64,000 bases of DNA, taken from contig NW_026515670.1 in assembly GCF_025526975.1 (NCBI RefSeq), positions 1,612,001-1,676,000 on the forward strand, read 5' to 3'. The DNA is from Fimicolochytrium jonesii. Lineage: Eukaryota. Of this stretch, positions 1 to 16,443 are shown piece after piece; the first letter of the stretch is position 1, and every line of letters begins with the position of its first letter. A program made the position numbers and the translations under genes. Below the pieces are notes generated by a model, which searched no databases, was not told the DNA's origin, and worked only from the letters and a program-made list of their open reading frames with translations.

Positions 1-1445
1 TCTCATCAGCAACCTCTCCCCGGTTGTCCTCCGTACTATGAGCGGACGAGCAGAGAGATATCCTGAACCGGGTTGTCTTACCTTACTGTGCGTGGGAAGA
101 TGTCGTTCGCGGAGCTTTTGTCGGGAGATGAAGTGGGGAGCAAGGTTGAAATGGAGAGTCCAAGCGATAAAAGAAAAGCAGCAATCAAGTCACGTGAGGA
201 CGCGGTGTCGAATTTGGAAGGACTGGGGAGATTTCTCAACCCCGGGGCCCGGGGGACGTTTGAAAGAACTCCCCTCAATCGGCATACCCGGGATGGGTCA
301 ACCATCGATGGGCTGCATGTGCAGTAGGGATGAAGTTTGATGCAGTGCCCTAAAGGTTTCGGGGGAAGAAGAAATTAAGTTGGGGAATACGCATTTCACC
401 GTGGGACCGACGACGAAGCCCGGAAACACACTTTGGGGGCAAACCGGGGGCGTTTTTATCCCTCCCTCATTCTTTTTGGTACTTGGGAGAACCCGCGCCC
501 TTTAGGGGATCGGCGCCAGTAGCTCAAACGAATCGGAAGAAACGGGATCTGGGTCAAGTTGGGTTGATTTCGGCGGCCGGAACGAACGAAGTCGTGGGGA
601 ATGCGCTCGTGCAAGTTGAGAACGATTTGAAAGGTTGGAAGGCCGTGAAGATGAGGTAAGGCCGGGGACAGTCACTGCTCGCGACGCGAAGCTGAGAACG
701 ATCTGAACAAGTTGGCTGGAGGGTGCAGAAGTTGACTGGGGATAGAAAAGCTTGCTGAGACGTAAACTCAGGATCAACAACTCGAGGCCCCTCCAACTGG
801 GGGAGATAACGCGGGAAGGAGGGTTAGGTTATTACCCGGAGGGGTCAATGTGGAGGACGCGAAGGTGAGAGGGCGGGGCGAGGTGGGGTGTCGGAGAGAA
901 GGGAGGTGAGGGCAACCCAAGGGACTTGGACAGATATGCGGACTATAACACAGCACACACTTTAGCCCTGCGGATGGTTCTCCGTCTGGCTGCGTTGGCG
1001 GGAGGTTTTGCTTCAACCTAACCTGTGATTCAATGCCCCGAAATTATCGGAAATTACTCAGCACAGACAGCGCAGTTATCGTCCCTTTCAGTCACTGCGT
1101 AAATGAACTTTCTGTGTGCTTGAAGTTGGTAGGGGTGTCGGCGGTCAAAGATGCGAGACTGTTCAACGAAGGTTTCACTTTGGCGGGGAAGTGGGATCGC
1201 TGCTACTGTAGGTGTGATTCTGGAAGAGCTTTGGGCGAGATCCTACATGCGCACTCCATCCCCCACACCAACCCCTCCCGTGAACGCCGCGCCACACCTA
1301 AAATGCAGCCCCTCGGACAACCCCCAAGAACACGGCTCGCACAATGTAGTAAATGCGTGTTCAGTCCATATACATTCAACAGATACGCTTCACAGATGCC
1401 TTCACAGAATCAAAGATGCGGTGTATGAGTGGTGCCTACGTCGGT

Positions 1446-3234
<1,789 letters not shown>

Positions 3235-4213
3235 TTATGTGGTTTTCAGTTGTTCTTTTGAGAAGCGCCCGAGTCCGAGTCTCTCCGGAGAGGGTGATAG
3301 TCATCCTCCCGTCATGCCGCCCGTTCTTCCCGTACGTAGGAACCGCACGCGTCTCCAAGAGGGGCTCTGTCTTGATGGGAGGGTGATTGCATCGATCCCC
3401 GTTGTGATGATTAGCGACGACTGTGAAGTAAAGAAGACGTTCGAATCCACCATCGATCTGAGGAGGGAGTATATATACGTAGGAAGTTAGGGTTACGGGC
3501 CGGATGGGAGTCAGGATGGGAGTGGGAATGGAACGGCGTGGAACTCATAATAAGAGACTTCTTCCCTCTCATCGGGCACTCTCGGAAGAAGATTCCGCTT
3601 CTTCCCGTCACTCGATGGAATTCCCACGTTTGGCCATCAGCGCCCACATCCGACGCACGGCCGAGTCACCGTAACTTCCCTCTGCTGCCACACAGGGAAC
3701 ACCACCTCCCTTATGAAGCACCTCCTCCTCCTCCTCCGTCGCTAGAGCCACTGTAGCGAGATGTCAGTAACTGAAGGGCGTGATTTTGGATGTTAAATTA
3801 CTCCGACTGACTATCCCCTCTGGAAGAGCAAAAGCTCAAGCTTGAAGCACGACGAGGTGCATCCCACCAGGGGTTGTTTTCTCGACGGTCTTGACTAATG
3901 TCACCGAAGAACCAAAGTATCTGTCTTTGGAAGCGAAGGGTATCGCGCTCCTCGTTCAATACTACAGCATGCAAAGCAGGGACCTTTGGCTGCCGGTAGC
4001 CAAAAACATGCCGCTACGGTGTGAGCGGGTGGTTGACAAAAATTCCGGTTTTGGTACAGATGGATTGATAGATGCACACTTCGTATATATACACCATACC
4101 AGCATACCGCCAGCATACTATGCACTCGTGGTTGCGCCCCTTAAACATCCTCATCGATCGCCTCCCATCCAGCCATACACCTCATCCCTCCGCTCCTCAC
4201 CCACCACCCTCCC

Positions 4214-5208
4214 TCAGGTATCCCAATGCTGGGGCTGATGGCCCAACCTCCTCTGCCGTCCCGCGGTAAACGTCTTCTGCCGCCTCAGCCACTCTTTGTA
4301 ATCCTTCACGCTGAAGATCTTTTCGCCGTAGTAGTCCGGCATGCCACCCTGTCCACCGGGCACGGGCACCACTGCTGCGATCTCTTTCGGCCGGTGGCGT
4401 TGGATTCGACGGAAGAACTCTTTGTCGCGGGAGTCGAGGGAGCGGAGGATTTGTCTAGGGAAGAGTGAAGATGTAAAATTGAGTTGCCCAAGATATTTCC
4501 ACGGATCCCTGAGGTTCGACAGATAGGGCCCATCATATCCTTGCTTTTCTGGACCGCCGGAGGCTGTCAAAGAACACGCCTTCCTTGTCTCGCATCACCC
4601 GCATCCCCGCTGCCTCTGGCCTCCTCCTTCGCCCACCTCGATCGCCGTCTCCCTTACACTCACGAACTCTTCCCCTCGCTCTGTCCCCAAACTAACCTGC
4701 TCTTACTCATCCTCCAAGCCGCGCTCCCGACCGAAATTCCCGCAATCGTCATCACAGCACCAATCGCAATTGTCCCGAGCACATAGACATACGTCGGGTC
4801 CGGGATCCCCAAAATCTGCTGCGTGGGGTCGAAATCCGCCACAGCGGCGAAATAATAGCCCCCGCCAACAAAACCGAGCGTGCCGCCGAGGATGGCGCCG
4901 GCGCGCTCCCAGTTTTTGCGTGATTTGCGGAAGGCAAAGTATTGTGTCCAGGTTATCTGCGAGAGGGGTTCGGCGGTGGTGTTGGAGGCGGTGGTAGTGT
5001 TGGGACGGTGGATGGGTTGTGAGGGAGATGGGGTTGTGGTGGTCGCTCGTGATAAGGACGTTGTGGAGAAGGGGGTGCAAGGACGAAGCAGAGTGCGGGA
5101 TGGTGTGAGGAATGTGGATGTGGGGGCTGCGAGTGCCATGAAGCTACGTCGCGATGCGGACGACACCTGAGCCGTGCGTGCGGCGACGGCCAGTTGCAGA
5201 CCGAGCAT
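4214..5208 (-). CDS. PAM17: Mitochondrial import motor subunit Pam17 (2 exons)
   Basis: Presequence-like N-terminus; ITWTQYFAFRKSRK; two TM segments; C-terminal KEFFRRIQRHR..PDYYGEKIFSVKDYKEWLRRQK typical of Pam17. Confidence 0.9.
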
Positions 5209-5456
5209 CGTGTTCGGGGTTGTGGAGTGGTTTTTGGATATGTCCTCTTCCGAGTGTTCTGTTCGTTGTCGTTGTCGTCGTCGTCTACGAGCCAGCGACG
5301 GGGAATGTCAAAAGGCGGGCGAGAGGAAAGGGAGCAGGAAAGGGAGAGGCTGGCGAGAGGGGCAACTTGACGAGTCACGTGATGTTCCCCGTTATAATGC
5401 TATCCCCCCTCAGACCCGTGCTCCCGACCTGCCTTCAATCCCAGCCAAGATCATAA

Positions 5457-6866
<1,410 letters not shown>

Positions 6867-7664
6867 TGTATGTAGCGGCGTATGAGGGGAGGTGACGATG
6901 TAGTGCAATGAAATGAGAACGTGCGATTAGATGGACAGAACGGTCTCGCTTGAGCGACGGTGAAGAAATTTGAGTGTTGTGGTTACGCCGATAGTACAAC
7001 ACTCAGCTTTTTCGGGTATGTCCGTGCGACGAGAATAAGTCTCTGCTGTCTCAACTTGGATTCAAGCCTCCTATTTGTCCCAAGACAGCGGGCCATCATA
7101 CGTGTCTGTCCGGGATACCGAGGCGAGATTCGACGTACAAACCGCACTATTTTCAACGCGTCGGACATCTTCACTGCTGATCAGATAAGCCGACTCCGAT
7201 AACAGCTCCTCCGCCTACATCACTTGTTCCGGACGCTTTGGCCATTATAGGTTTCCAGATTGCACGACAATGTCCTCATCCTCTTCCGTGAACCATGGAA
7301 TGCAGTGCCAACCGAGGAATGTCCCTAGAGAGCCTTTTCCAACCGGTAATCTGTGGGCCAAACGCGTTGTCAGCAACAACACGGAATCCGATTCCTGTCG
7401 TTTTTCAAGCCGGTGGATGGCTTCTGACCCCTTGCTGCCTCCTTGGATGCAATGACTTTATTAATTCTCTCTCCCTCCTTTCACTTGTGCGCCGGATTTC
7501 GTAGTGAATGCGCGTTCATGTGTCTCTTACTTTTTTCCAAGTGGAACGGTGGTGCTGTTCGAGAGAGAGAAGGGCACACAGCCGCTGCGGTATACACATC
7601 TGAAAACGGGCCTTATGAAGTCAAGAAGCACAAGTCGATTTATTGGGATTTCCCCTCACGGCCA

Positions 7665-9357
7665 TCACCCCCCCGCCAACATCCTCCTATAACAATCCAC
7701 CAAATCCCCGACCGCCATATCCACAGCAAAGCACCTCACCGCCAACTTCCTCGCCACCCTCCTCGCATCCGGATCCTCCAAACACCTCCAAATCTTCGCC
7801 ACATAGTCCTCGGCATCAAATTGATCAAACATCCACTCGTCAACAACCTTGTACACCGTCTTGAACGCGCCTTCACGGACCACCACCGTCGGCGTGCCGC
7901 ACGCGAGGGACTCCGCAACCGTGAACCCGAACGTCTCGGAGGCCGAGGCTGAGACGAAGATGTCGGCGTAGGCGTAGTATTTGGCGACTTCTTGTTCGCG
8001 GTAGACCATGCCGGTAAAGATAATGCGGTAGGAGGAGAGTTCCTGGGCGATGGTGGTGGGTTGGATGAGGCTGCTGTAGGAGGCGGTGGAGGTGAGTGGC
8101 GCGGCAGTGGGTTTGAGTTTGGTTTGGTGGGAGTAGACACGCTCGGGCCCTACGATGGTCGCGGCCAGGGCTTCCAGATGGAGACGGGAAGGGCCGTCGC
8201 CGACGATGACGAGGGCTGCGGTGGCGAGACGCGGGTGTTTCATCGCGTTGATGAGGAACTCGACGTTTTTCTCGGGGGCAAGGCGGCCGATGTAGACGAG
8301 GGTGGGTCCGTCCGAGTCGGCCGTTGGGTTGATATCTCCCACCTTCTTCTCGTCTTCCGCCGCAGCGTCAGATGGGTGTTCCTCGTACTTTGGCAACGCG
8401 TCAACCATAGCCTTACTCTGCCTCCTACTCTCCGCCTTCCTTTTGGCCGTCATCGCCAGCTTCGCCATTGCAACCGATGTGGTCGCGCTCGCCGCCAGTA
8501 AATCATCCATACTGCCTTGATCCTCTTGCCGCGGCACAAACACGGTCGTATCCAGCCCGCTCTTCATGAAATGGATTCGTTTGGCGTACTTGTACACGAC
8601 GCTGTCGGCGACTTTCGATGGGATGCCCACTACATCGGCGAAGATTACTAAGGGGATGAAGTAGAGCACGACATAGATGACGTGGATGAAGTCGCCGAGG
8701 AGCTTGTGGACGAGGGTTTTGTTGTAGAAGTAAGCTACTTTGTAGTACTCCATTAGGACGTGGTAGGAGACGTAGACCTGGAAAACGTTGCTGAGACCTA
8801 AAACTAGGCGTATAAATGTATTCTCAGAAGTCTTCCGTACCTTTACGCCTCGGATCTTGAACAACGGGATCAGAGGCACGAAGGCAAGACACAACGGCGA
8901 GACGATATGCACGATATCATACGGCACCGTGCTCCATGGATTGATGAGCAGCCATACCAGCGACAGCGGCGGGCACAGAAACATCCTGGCATCAGAAAAA
9001 AAACAATCACAAGATCAGTCCACATGTCCCTCCCCATATCATGCTCTCACAACCCCATCACAAACACCTCCAAACCACACCAAACGTTTCTCACCTCTGC
9101 TCCAAATAAAACAAATTCGGCACACTCGGCACAACAATATCGCAATACGTTCCCCTCACCGACGCGATCTTAACATCGTGCCCAGCATCTCTGTACCCCT
9201 TGATCAGGTTCTTGAACCGGTTCGCGATGCCGGAGACTGTGGGCGGGAGGTATTCCGTCGCGACGAGGATGCGGAGGGGGCGGTCTGTTTGGGCGAGGAT
9301 TGGGGTGGATTCCGTGGATTTTTGGACTGGTTCTGTGGGGTGAGATGCTTTGCTCAT
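7665..9357 (-). CDS. GT-B fold glycosyltransferase, family GT4 (SQD2/MgtA-like glycolipid synthase group)
   Basis: LRILVATEYLPPTVSGIANRF; SYH motif; VYIGRLAPEKNV; IVGDGP; YADIFVSASASETFGFTVAESLACGTP (E-x7-E). Confidence 0.88.
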
Positions 9358-10040
9358 GATGGCGATGGTTTGGTGTTGAAGATAGGACAGTGAGGCCGGC
9401 GAGCCCGCACACCGGCATCCGCAGCTTATATACTCTCCCATTCGCTACATCTAGCAGCGTTCCCGAACGGTTGCACACAAACCCCATTGCTGCCAAAGGA
9501 TTCTGTGAAATCTCCTCCATCTTCGAAATCACCAGAAACGGTTTGAAAGACGCCCAAAAGGTAATCGGAAATCAAAACAACATCGTGGCGGCCCAAAAAG
9601 AACCTTCACGTGCAGTCCTCAAGTGTCGTCGGATGGCATTGTTACCTCGACTCAAAGCGACTTCCCTATAAAGCAAGTGTATACAGCGGTGACCAGGGAA
9701 GTGTACGCCCCTACAACGACGCGTGCCGGGTGTCAAAGGATTCACTTTTGTTATTGTCCTCCCTTCTCTGGTCCCAGATAGTGCCGCTACGACGCTAACA
9801 TGTGTAGAATGCGTTTCTTTGCGTCCAACTGCGAAGCAACAACTAAACACGGGCACACCTTCCCACACGGCCTTCCTACGTCCACGTGCTGCAAAAGAGC
9901 CACAGAAATCTGTCACAGCAAGGCATACGGGCGAACCCCTCTCCCCTCGTTCCATTGCCGAGCACGTTTTCACAGGTTGTCGGGATTCGCCGCACGGATC
10001 TCGACAGCGTGAAGCTGACTCCTGTCAAAATTCTGCAGAA

Positions 10041-10220
10041 AGTTATTTCGCGCGGAAGGCTGTTTATTCTCGCACGGAAGGCCATTACTCGATGCGGAAG
10101 GCTGTTTATTCGTCTACGGAACCCACCATAACCTTAACCCTAAGTTATTTTGCGTGGAAGGCTGTTTATTCGCGCACAGAAGGCTATTATTACTCGATGC
10201 GGAAGGCTGTTATTCGCGCG
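10041..10220. repeat. Composite tandem repeat built on GGAAGGCTGTTTATTC, duplicated with about 102-bp period
   Basis: AGTTATTT-GCG-GGAAGGCTGTTTATTC-CGCAC-GAAGGC-ATTACTCGATGCGGAAGGCTGT occurs at about 10041 and about 10143. Confidence 0.85.
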
Positions 10221-10533
10221 CGGCCTGTTTTACCCCTTCCTCTCTCCTCTCACCCCGTCCTTTCCACGCTCGATAAGTTTAAATCTCTGCCTGAAGTCGC
10301 CGTCGGACTTTCCCCAAGGGTACAAGATACACGAGAACGAATGGAAAATGTGGTTGGGCGGTGCGAATATCATATGTAAATGGTGACATTACGGCGCGAT
10401 CATTGAATCAGAGGGTACCAAAAAGCGGTAGAACGTGTAGGGTGGAGGGAAGGGGAACGATATACAGCGTCGTCGTGATGTGATACATACAATGCCTCCC
10501 TCAATAAAGGCCCCACAACATCTCTCATCCCCC

Positions 10534-11859
10534 TCACTCGGCCACCAAATCCCCCCACCGATTCCTCTTAACCCGTCCACTCCCCACCACCTCCTCCAGC
10601 TCCTCCCTCGTCCTCGGTATATTCGCCATGCCCGCGGGCGTGGCAGCCACGGTGTCGCCATAGGGCCCGAGCATGCCGCGTCCGCCGACCGGCTGGATGG
10701 CGGGCGTGTCCAGGTCGCCGTAGGGTGTGCGGCGGAGGTGGCCTAGGCGTTCTTTTTCGAGGAGGTCGGCGTGGGTGCGGGGGATGGATGTGGGTGCGGG
10801 GGTGGTGGTTGTTGGGGCGGGGCTGGGGAATGGGTCGGTGGGGGCGTCGGTGGGGGCGTCGGTGGGGGAGGAGCGGGAGGGATTCCGTAGACGGTCCCAG
10901 GCGGATTGACTACCGGTGCCTTGGCGGCGGATCGCTTCCCATGAGGTCGATGAGGTGTTGATGCCCTCCCCGTTGTCGTCGTCTACTACCATGTCCGATG
11001 ATGTCGATGCGGGAGCCGCAACGGGCGACATATCGGACGACATGACGGCGCCTTCCAGGCCGTAATCATGCTTCTCTCCCGTGCCATCGCCGCCACGGGA
11101 CGGGATGCTCAACCCTTTACCTTGAGCGTTTTGCTCGAGCAGGCGACGGAGCTGGGAGTCCGAGGGCAGTTCGTTGGCGAGGACTGTGCGTGCTTGACCT
11201 TCACCTAGTTTGCGGCCGACAATTTCGCCGGTCAATGTTGTGGCGGCGAGGAGACTGATTCCGGGCATCGAGTTCCAGCGTACTTTGCGGTAGCGTACTG
11301 GAGACAGGGTATGGAGAGGTCGATCAGTGTTTATGTAATGGGACCATGAAATCCACCATATCCTGCTTCGCTTCGATCGCCACGAGGTTGGGTGGTGCAT
11401 GGATTCGACATCCTCGCTCCCCTCAAAGCTGCAGTCGAGCCAGAAATCGTTACTACTCGCCAAGGAGAACGACTGCTCGCGGGCCTCCCTGACGCCCGAA
11501 CGCGGAACACCCGAGGCCTGCCAACGCTCGTTCCTTCGCCGTTCACCCACCCAAGAACCCAACGCTAGCTATCCCCTGCACACATATATGATGCTCACCT
11601 ATAGAAAACCCCGCAGCAACCCCCGCACTGATCCCCAACAAATCTATCAGAATTCCAAAACAATTCAGTATTGCACACTCCCCTTCTCCCCAAACTTCAC
11701 CCACAACTCACAATTCCAAACAAACCCCCCATTAGCATGATCAATAACCCGCTTCTCCTCCAGCGTCGGTGTGTAGTAGTTTGCAGTGACGGTGCCGGGC
11801 TGGGTCGGGCCTCTTGTTGATGGCTGCGGTGAGGAGGAGGAGTCGAGGGAGGAGATCAT
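10534..11859 (-). CDS. Putative OCIA-domain-like membrane protein (at least 2 exons)
   Basis: N-terminal YTPTLEEKRVIDHAN plus hydrophobic segments; LPSDSQLRRLL; SWEAIR/SAWDRLR; duplicated C-terminal IPRT..(R)TPYGD and IPRT..KRNRWGD resembling the OCIAD KNKYGD tail. Confidence 0.55.
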
Positions 11860-12312
11860 CTTGAGTGGTGTGAAGAGGATTTCTGGGGCTTTTTTGGGAG
11901 TGATGAGGTGGGTGTGGGATAGATTCCTTGTTGCTGGGTGCTGCTAAGGTGTAGAGCGGTGCTATCGTGTTGTGATGTATGTACTGTGTCTTTTTTGCTT
12001 GTGATCTGGGGTGAGCGGACGATGTCTCTCCAATGTCCAACTTTTCCGAAAGCCTCAGTTCCCTCACGGGAGGTGACGTCGATTTCACGCGTGGTTTGAA
12101 GTTTATGGACGTTCGCTCGCAGACAGCAACTAGAGCACCTAGGCAGTTCACACACACCCACATACGAGATGAAAATATGTACACGATGTTGTATGTATGT
12201 ACATGGATTCCCAGCATGGGAGAATGATAAAAGCAGAAGGGAAAGAAAGAGCGGTAATCCGCTCGCAAACCATGCACGATGAAACCTTACTTCCCCCTGC
12301 TCATCTTCCTCA

Positions 12313-13598
12313 CTACCACGTCAAATCAGCAGCAACCCCAAAATGGTCGCTCAAGAAGCTGAATGGTTGGTTGTCAATCACGAACTTCTCGATGCGTACG
12401 CGGTCGAATTTTACTGCTGGGGGGGTTGTTGTTGTCGTGGTAGTGTCATCGGTCGGAGCAGCCGTGGCAGATAGGGGCCGGAATTGGAGGATGAAATCAA
12501 TGCATTTGCGGTCGGGTGCTTCGTGGTTGGGTCCGACTCGTAGCCTTCATTCAGGGAGGAGAAGCGTTAGCAGCAGGTAACGAGGGAACAACGGGGATAA
12601 GCCTCAAAGTTCCCCTACCTGGAAGTCGTGATAGGATGCTCCCCCATCGTCTCATAACAAATATCCCCAATCTCATACTTTGGCGCACTCGCAGCATTCG
12701 CCGGCTTCTCCTCACCCTTCGCGCCATCCCCCAAACTTCCGCCTTCATAAATCTCCTTCATGGTCAGATACTCCCTCCCATGCCCAACACCATCATCGCC
12801 ACTCGCACGCGCATCAACATTCATGTCACCGACGAACAGCACCGTGTCAGTATCGGAGTTGAACTTTGGCGCGTGCTTGGCTAGCGTCGAGTCGATGAAG
12901 GCTTTGGATTGGTGGTATTGCTTGTGACGGAGGATCAGAGCTTTTGGACTGTCGGTGGACTGGAAGTGCGTTGAGAAGAGGTGAAGGGTTTTCTCTTTTG
13001 TACTCTCTGATGCCGCTTGCAGTTGGATCTTGCTGTACAACACGCCTGCAAACGATCGAACGTAGGTGTGATGAATCAACGAGGATCAAATCTGTGGCTC
13101 GCAGATACGGCTGGTGCTCGCTGGCGCTCCACAACAAACATGAATGCTCGCTTCGCTCCCCAGAATACCGCGAATGCTCGCAGTCGCTCGCAGGTATTGC
13201 GCCTTTGGCGCGGGACTCGCTTCGCTCGGAATCTTACCTTTCGCAGCAAACCAATCACCAATTTCAGTCCCTCTTTGAAAAGTCCACTCCTCCGTCACAG
13301 TCACTGGAAACCTGCTCAACACCAACAACCCGGCATCGATCCTAAGCGTCGCAACACTAGGCACTTTCCCCGCCGCATGATAAATAAACCCTTTCTCCTT
13401 CGCCGCCGCAATGAGCTTCTTACGCCTGTCGCTAAGTGCGCCAAACGTCTCCTGGAACGAGATAATGTCGTAGTTTGCGAACTCGAGGTCGGCGAAGAGG
13501 GTTGCGCGCTCGCCTTTCCAGTCGCCTTTGGAGGAGGGTTCGGAGATGCCGGGGGGGCGGAGGAAGAAGTTGAGGGTTAGGATGCGGGCGGTGGGCAT
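12313..13598 (-). CDS. Endonuclease/exonuclease/phosphatase (EEP) superfamily, neutral sphingomyelinase-like
   Basis: ILTLNFFLRPP, YDIISFQE, GLLVLSRFP, FAAKG, STHFQS, GDMN, IDFIL, LSDHFGV motifs. Confidence 0.9.
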
Positions 13599-14130
13599 TG
13601 TTGTGGTGCGAAGCGGTTGGGAGATGGTGAGATGGTGAGATGAGTTGAGTTGAGTTGGATTCGGGCGATGGAGTGGGGTTGAGCTTCTAGACGTGAGTCT
13701 GTTCTTGGCAAGGAATGGTTCAGTGCTTGCTCGTCTGTAGTAGCAGTGGTGATGACGCTGCTGCTGAGGGGTTGTGCTGTCTGTCTGTCTGTCTGTCTGT
13801 CTGTGGCTGAGACGGACGACGTCGCAGTGCGGAGGAGTCTGCGCAGTCCGACGGAATCTCGTAAAGCAACAACGCCCCCTCAGCATTAGATAGGCCCCCC
13901 TGCACCCCATGAATACACGTATATACGTATTCCATAGAGAAACAAACGCCAATTAGCTTGGAGCTCTCATTTCCACCGCACCTCAATAGCGAGAACAGCG
14001 CATGTGTAGGTTTGAAAGCGGGATCCGCATTCGGATTGCTCTTATATTGAGATTGATTGGATGTGGGGGCATATGTACAGTGCGTGGGACGGCTCGTCGA
14101 GGCCAACAGGTGGGGGGCTGGCCGTCCAAT

Positions 14131-16064
14131 TTACATGATAAAAATCTGGTTCATATCCATTGCTCTGAAATGAAAACACCAGAAAGTCAGCCTCCCCACC
14201 TCGAAACCGAGTAACATTCCTACACACGCACAAACGCCCAAAACAAAACCTACCTCCCACTCGACAACTGCGGCCTCTGCGTGTACTTCCCCGCCAACAA
14301 GTTCCTGATCTCGCCCAACAGCTGCCCATAGGACGGCGCATGGTACATGCTCAGCGCTTTGACAAACCCATACGTCATCGCGCCCGTATCCTGTCCCTCG
14401 ATCCTCGCATCCGCACTCGTCTGTTTATCCTTACATCCGGACAACATAACCACATCGGCAAACATATTTCCCTTCTGTTGGACCAACTGCTCGTGGGAGG
14501 CGCCGGAGGATGTGAGGGTTTTGCCGGCGGCGAAGAGGGACATTCCGGCGCCGAGGACGCCGCCCTTGAGGAAGCCTTTGCCGACGGACATGGCTGCGCC
14601 GCCGAGACGGGTTGCGGCTGTTTTGGTTTTGAGGCGGCCGTCGGGGAGGTAGGTGAAGGGGAGGTCGAGGGAGGAGCCGGAGTGGCAGCAGTCGAAGAGG
14701 CAGGTGAGGCGGACGCCGGGGGGGAGCGGGCGGACGAGAATTTGGTTCATTGTCTGTAGGGAGTGAGAGAGGGAAATGTTGGAGGTTGGATGTCCTTTTT
14801 TTTAAGGAGATGCCAGCCCGACTTACGTCGTCGGTGATCATCCCGGCCTTGTCGTAGTCGACGGGACATATCGTCTCGTCCGTTCCGTCGCTTTCATCGC
14901 CGTCCTTGTCTGCCTGCTGCGACCCGTGTCCACTGCAAATGTCCGATGTTGTAACGCGTCAGTGACCCATGTACAACGAACTGCGGGAGCAACACAGTCC
15001 TTCCACTTTCATATGAGTTATGGTAGGGACCCCCTCACCTGAAATGAAAAAACAATGAATCACCCGCTTTCGCACCCGAGACCAGCCACTGCATTGCCTG
15101 CAGGATGTTCTGCCGCGCGGGTTGCAGGTGCCAGTTGGTGTTGTCGTCGGTGAGACAGAGCATGTGTTGCGGGTCGTCGCGGAACCCAAACTGGGTGCAG
15201 AGGAAGTTTTTCATGTTTCGGACGTCGTTTATGCATCCTTTCAGCTCGGATCGAGTATTGAAGTAGTTGACGCCGACAAGCAACGCCTTTTTGTTGCCAG
15301 AACAGTTTGAAAGGTATGCTGGAAAGGTTGACAGAAGAAGAAATGAGAACACAATATGGGTGAGCGTTCGTTGGCTCTCACATTCAATGCTCGCTTCGCT
15401 CGCTTGACTTGCGCCTGCGGCGCGGTACTCGCTCCGCTCGCAGTTCACCTCGTTCGTCCTCAAGCATCCCCTGCGCCTCGCTAAGCTCGGTGCAGTGCGC
15501 AAACCAGGGCTCGCTTCGCTCGCCGCCATCGCTCGCATCAAATATCAAGGCTCGCTTCGCCCGTCGCTTCGCCCACGTCCCCTTCGCTCGGCGTCCCAAC
15601 ATACGTGCGGTCTGCTGCATATACTGCTGTGGCGGTCCCTGCCAATGCGGCTGCTGCTGTGGCCATCCCGCGGGCGGATTTGGCGGCGGATGTGTCGGGA
15701 CAGACTGATAGTTAGCCGGCTGATGTGGTGGAGGTTGGTGTGGCGGCGGGTAATTCGGCGGCGGGGCGGCGTTTACGAGTGTTTGCGGGGGCGGTCCAGC
15801 AGGGGCCCCATATTGGTTTTGCGGCGGCTGGTATGGTTGGTATTGTTGTTGCTGGGTTGGAGGGAAGCCCTGTTGTTGCTGCTGCTGGTAGGGAGGTGGA
15901 GGTCCCGGTGGCGGGTAGGACTGCTGCTGGTGCTGGGGTGGGTAGGGGGTTGGGAAGCCGGCTTGCTGCTGTTGTTGGGGAGGAGGGTAGGGAGGATTTT
16001 GGGGAGGGCCGTAGGGTGAGGGACGGGGCTGCTGCCCGTTCGTCCCATATTGTCCAGGGTACAT
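14131..16064 (-). CDS. MCA1: Type I metacaspase with P/Q-rich prodomain
   Basis: KKALLVGVNY, LKGCINDV, LFFHFSGHG, DETICPVD, LFDCCHSGSSLDLP, SGCKDKQTSAD, C-terminus MDMNQIFIM*. Confidence 0.96.
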
Positions 16065-16443
16065 GTCTTCGTTGGGGGACGGCCTGTTCGTTTTCTGATT
16101 TTCACTGTTCTGGCAAGAGGACTGAAGGTGAGCGAATGGACACCGACGAAAGCTGGGGAGTATGGACTTACGAGGCGGCGAGAGTGGCTGGAGAGTTGTT
16201 CTGTGTGCAGCGTCGTATATACTGTATGTAGTGTAGATCGCTTATGTCTAGGTGTTCTGTCGCTTTCGAAACGGCGGTCTCGGCGGGTGAAGCCTCTCTC
16301 AGAGCGGTGGTGCTGACAGGGATATTAGGGTTAGGTTTTGACGTTTCGCTTGACCCCCATCCCTCCCATCCCATTTCCCATCCGGATCCCACCTCCCCAC
16401 CTACCCATCGCCCCGCCCCGCCCCGCCCCGCCTCATCGCCGCC

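Noticed and set aside
1..1430. Several short ORFs, possibly a transposon relic
   Set aside because: No recognisable domain or consistent exon structure; cut by the window edge
3740..4200. Coding-looking stretch (ORF 3891-4238)
   Set aside because: TTG start, interrupted upstream frames, no family match; probably 3' UTR or intergenic
6950..7560. Possible decayed gene between the AKR and GT4 genes
   Set aside because: Multiple stops in all frames and no identifiable motif
10041..10220. CRISPR-like repeat/spacer pattern
   Set aside because: Spacers are themselves duplicated, there are no cas genes, and the context is eukaryotic
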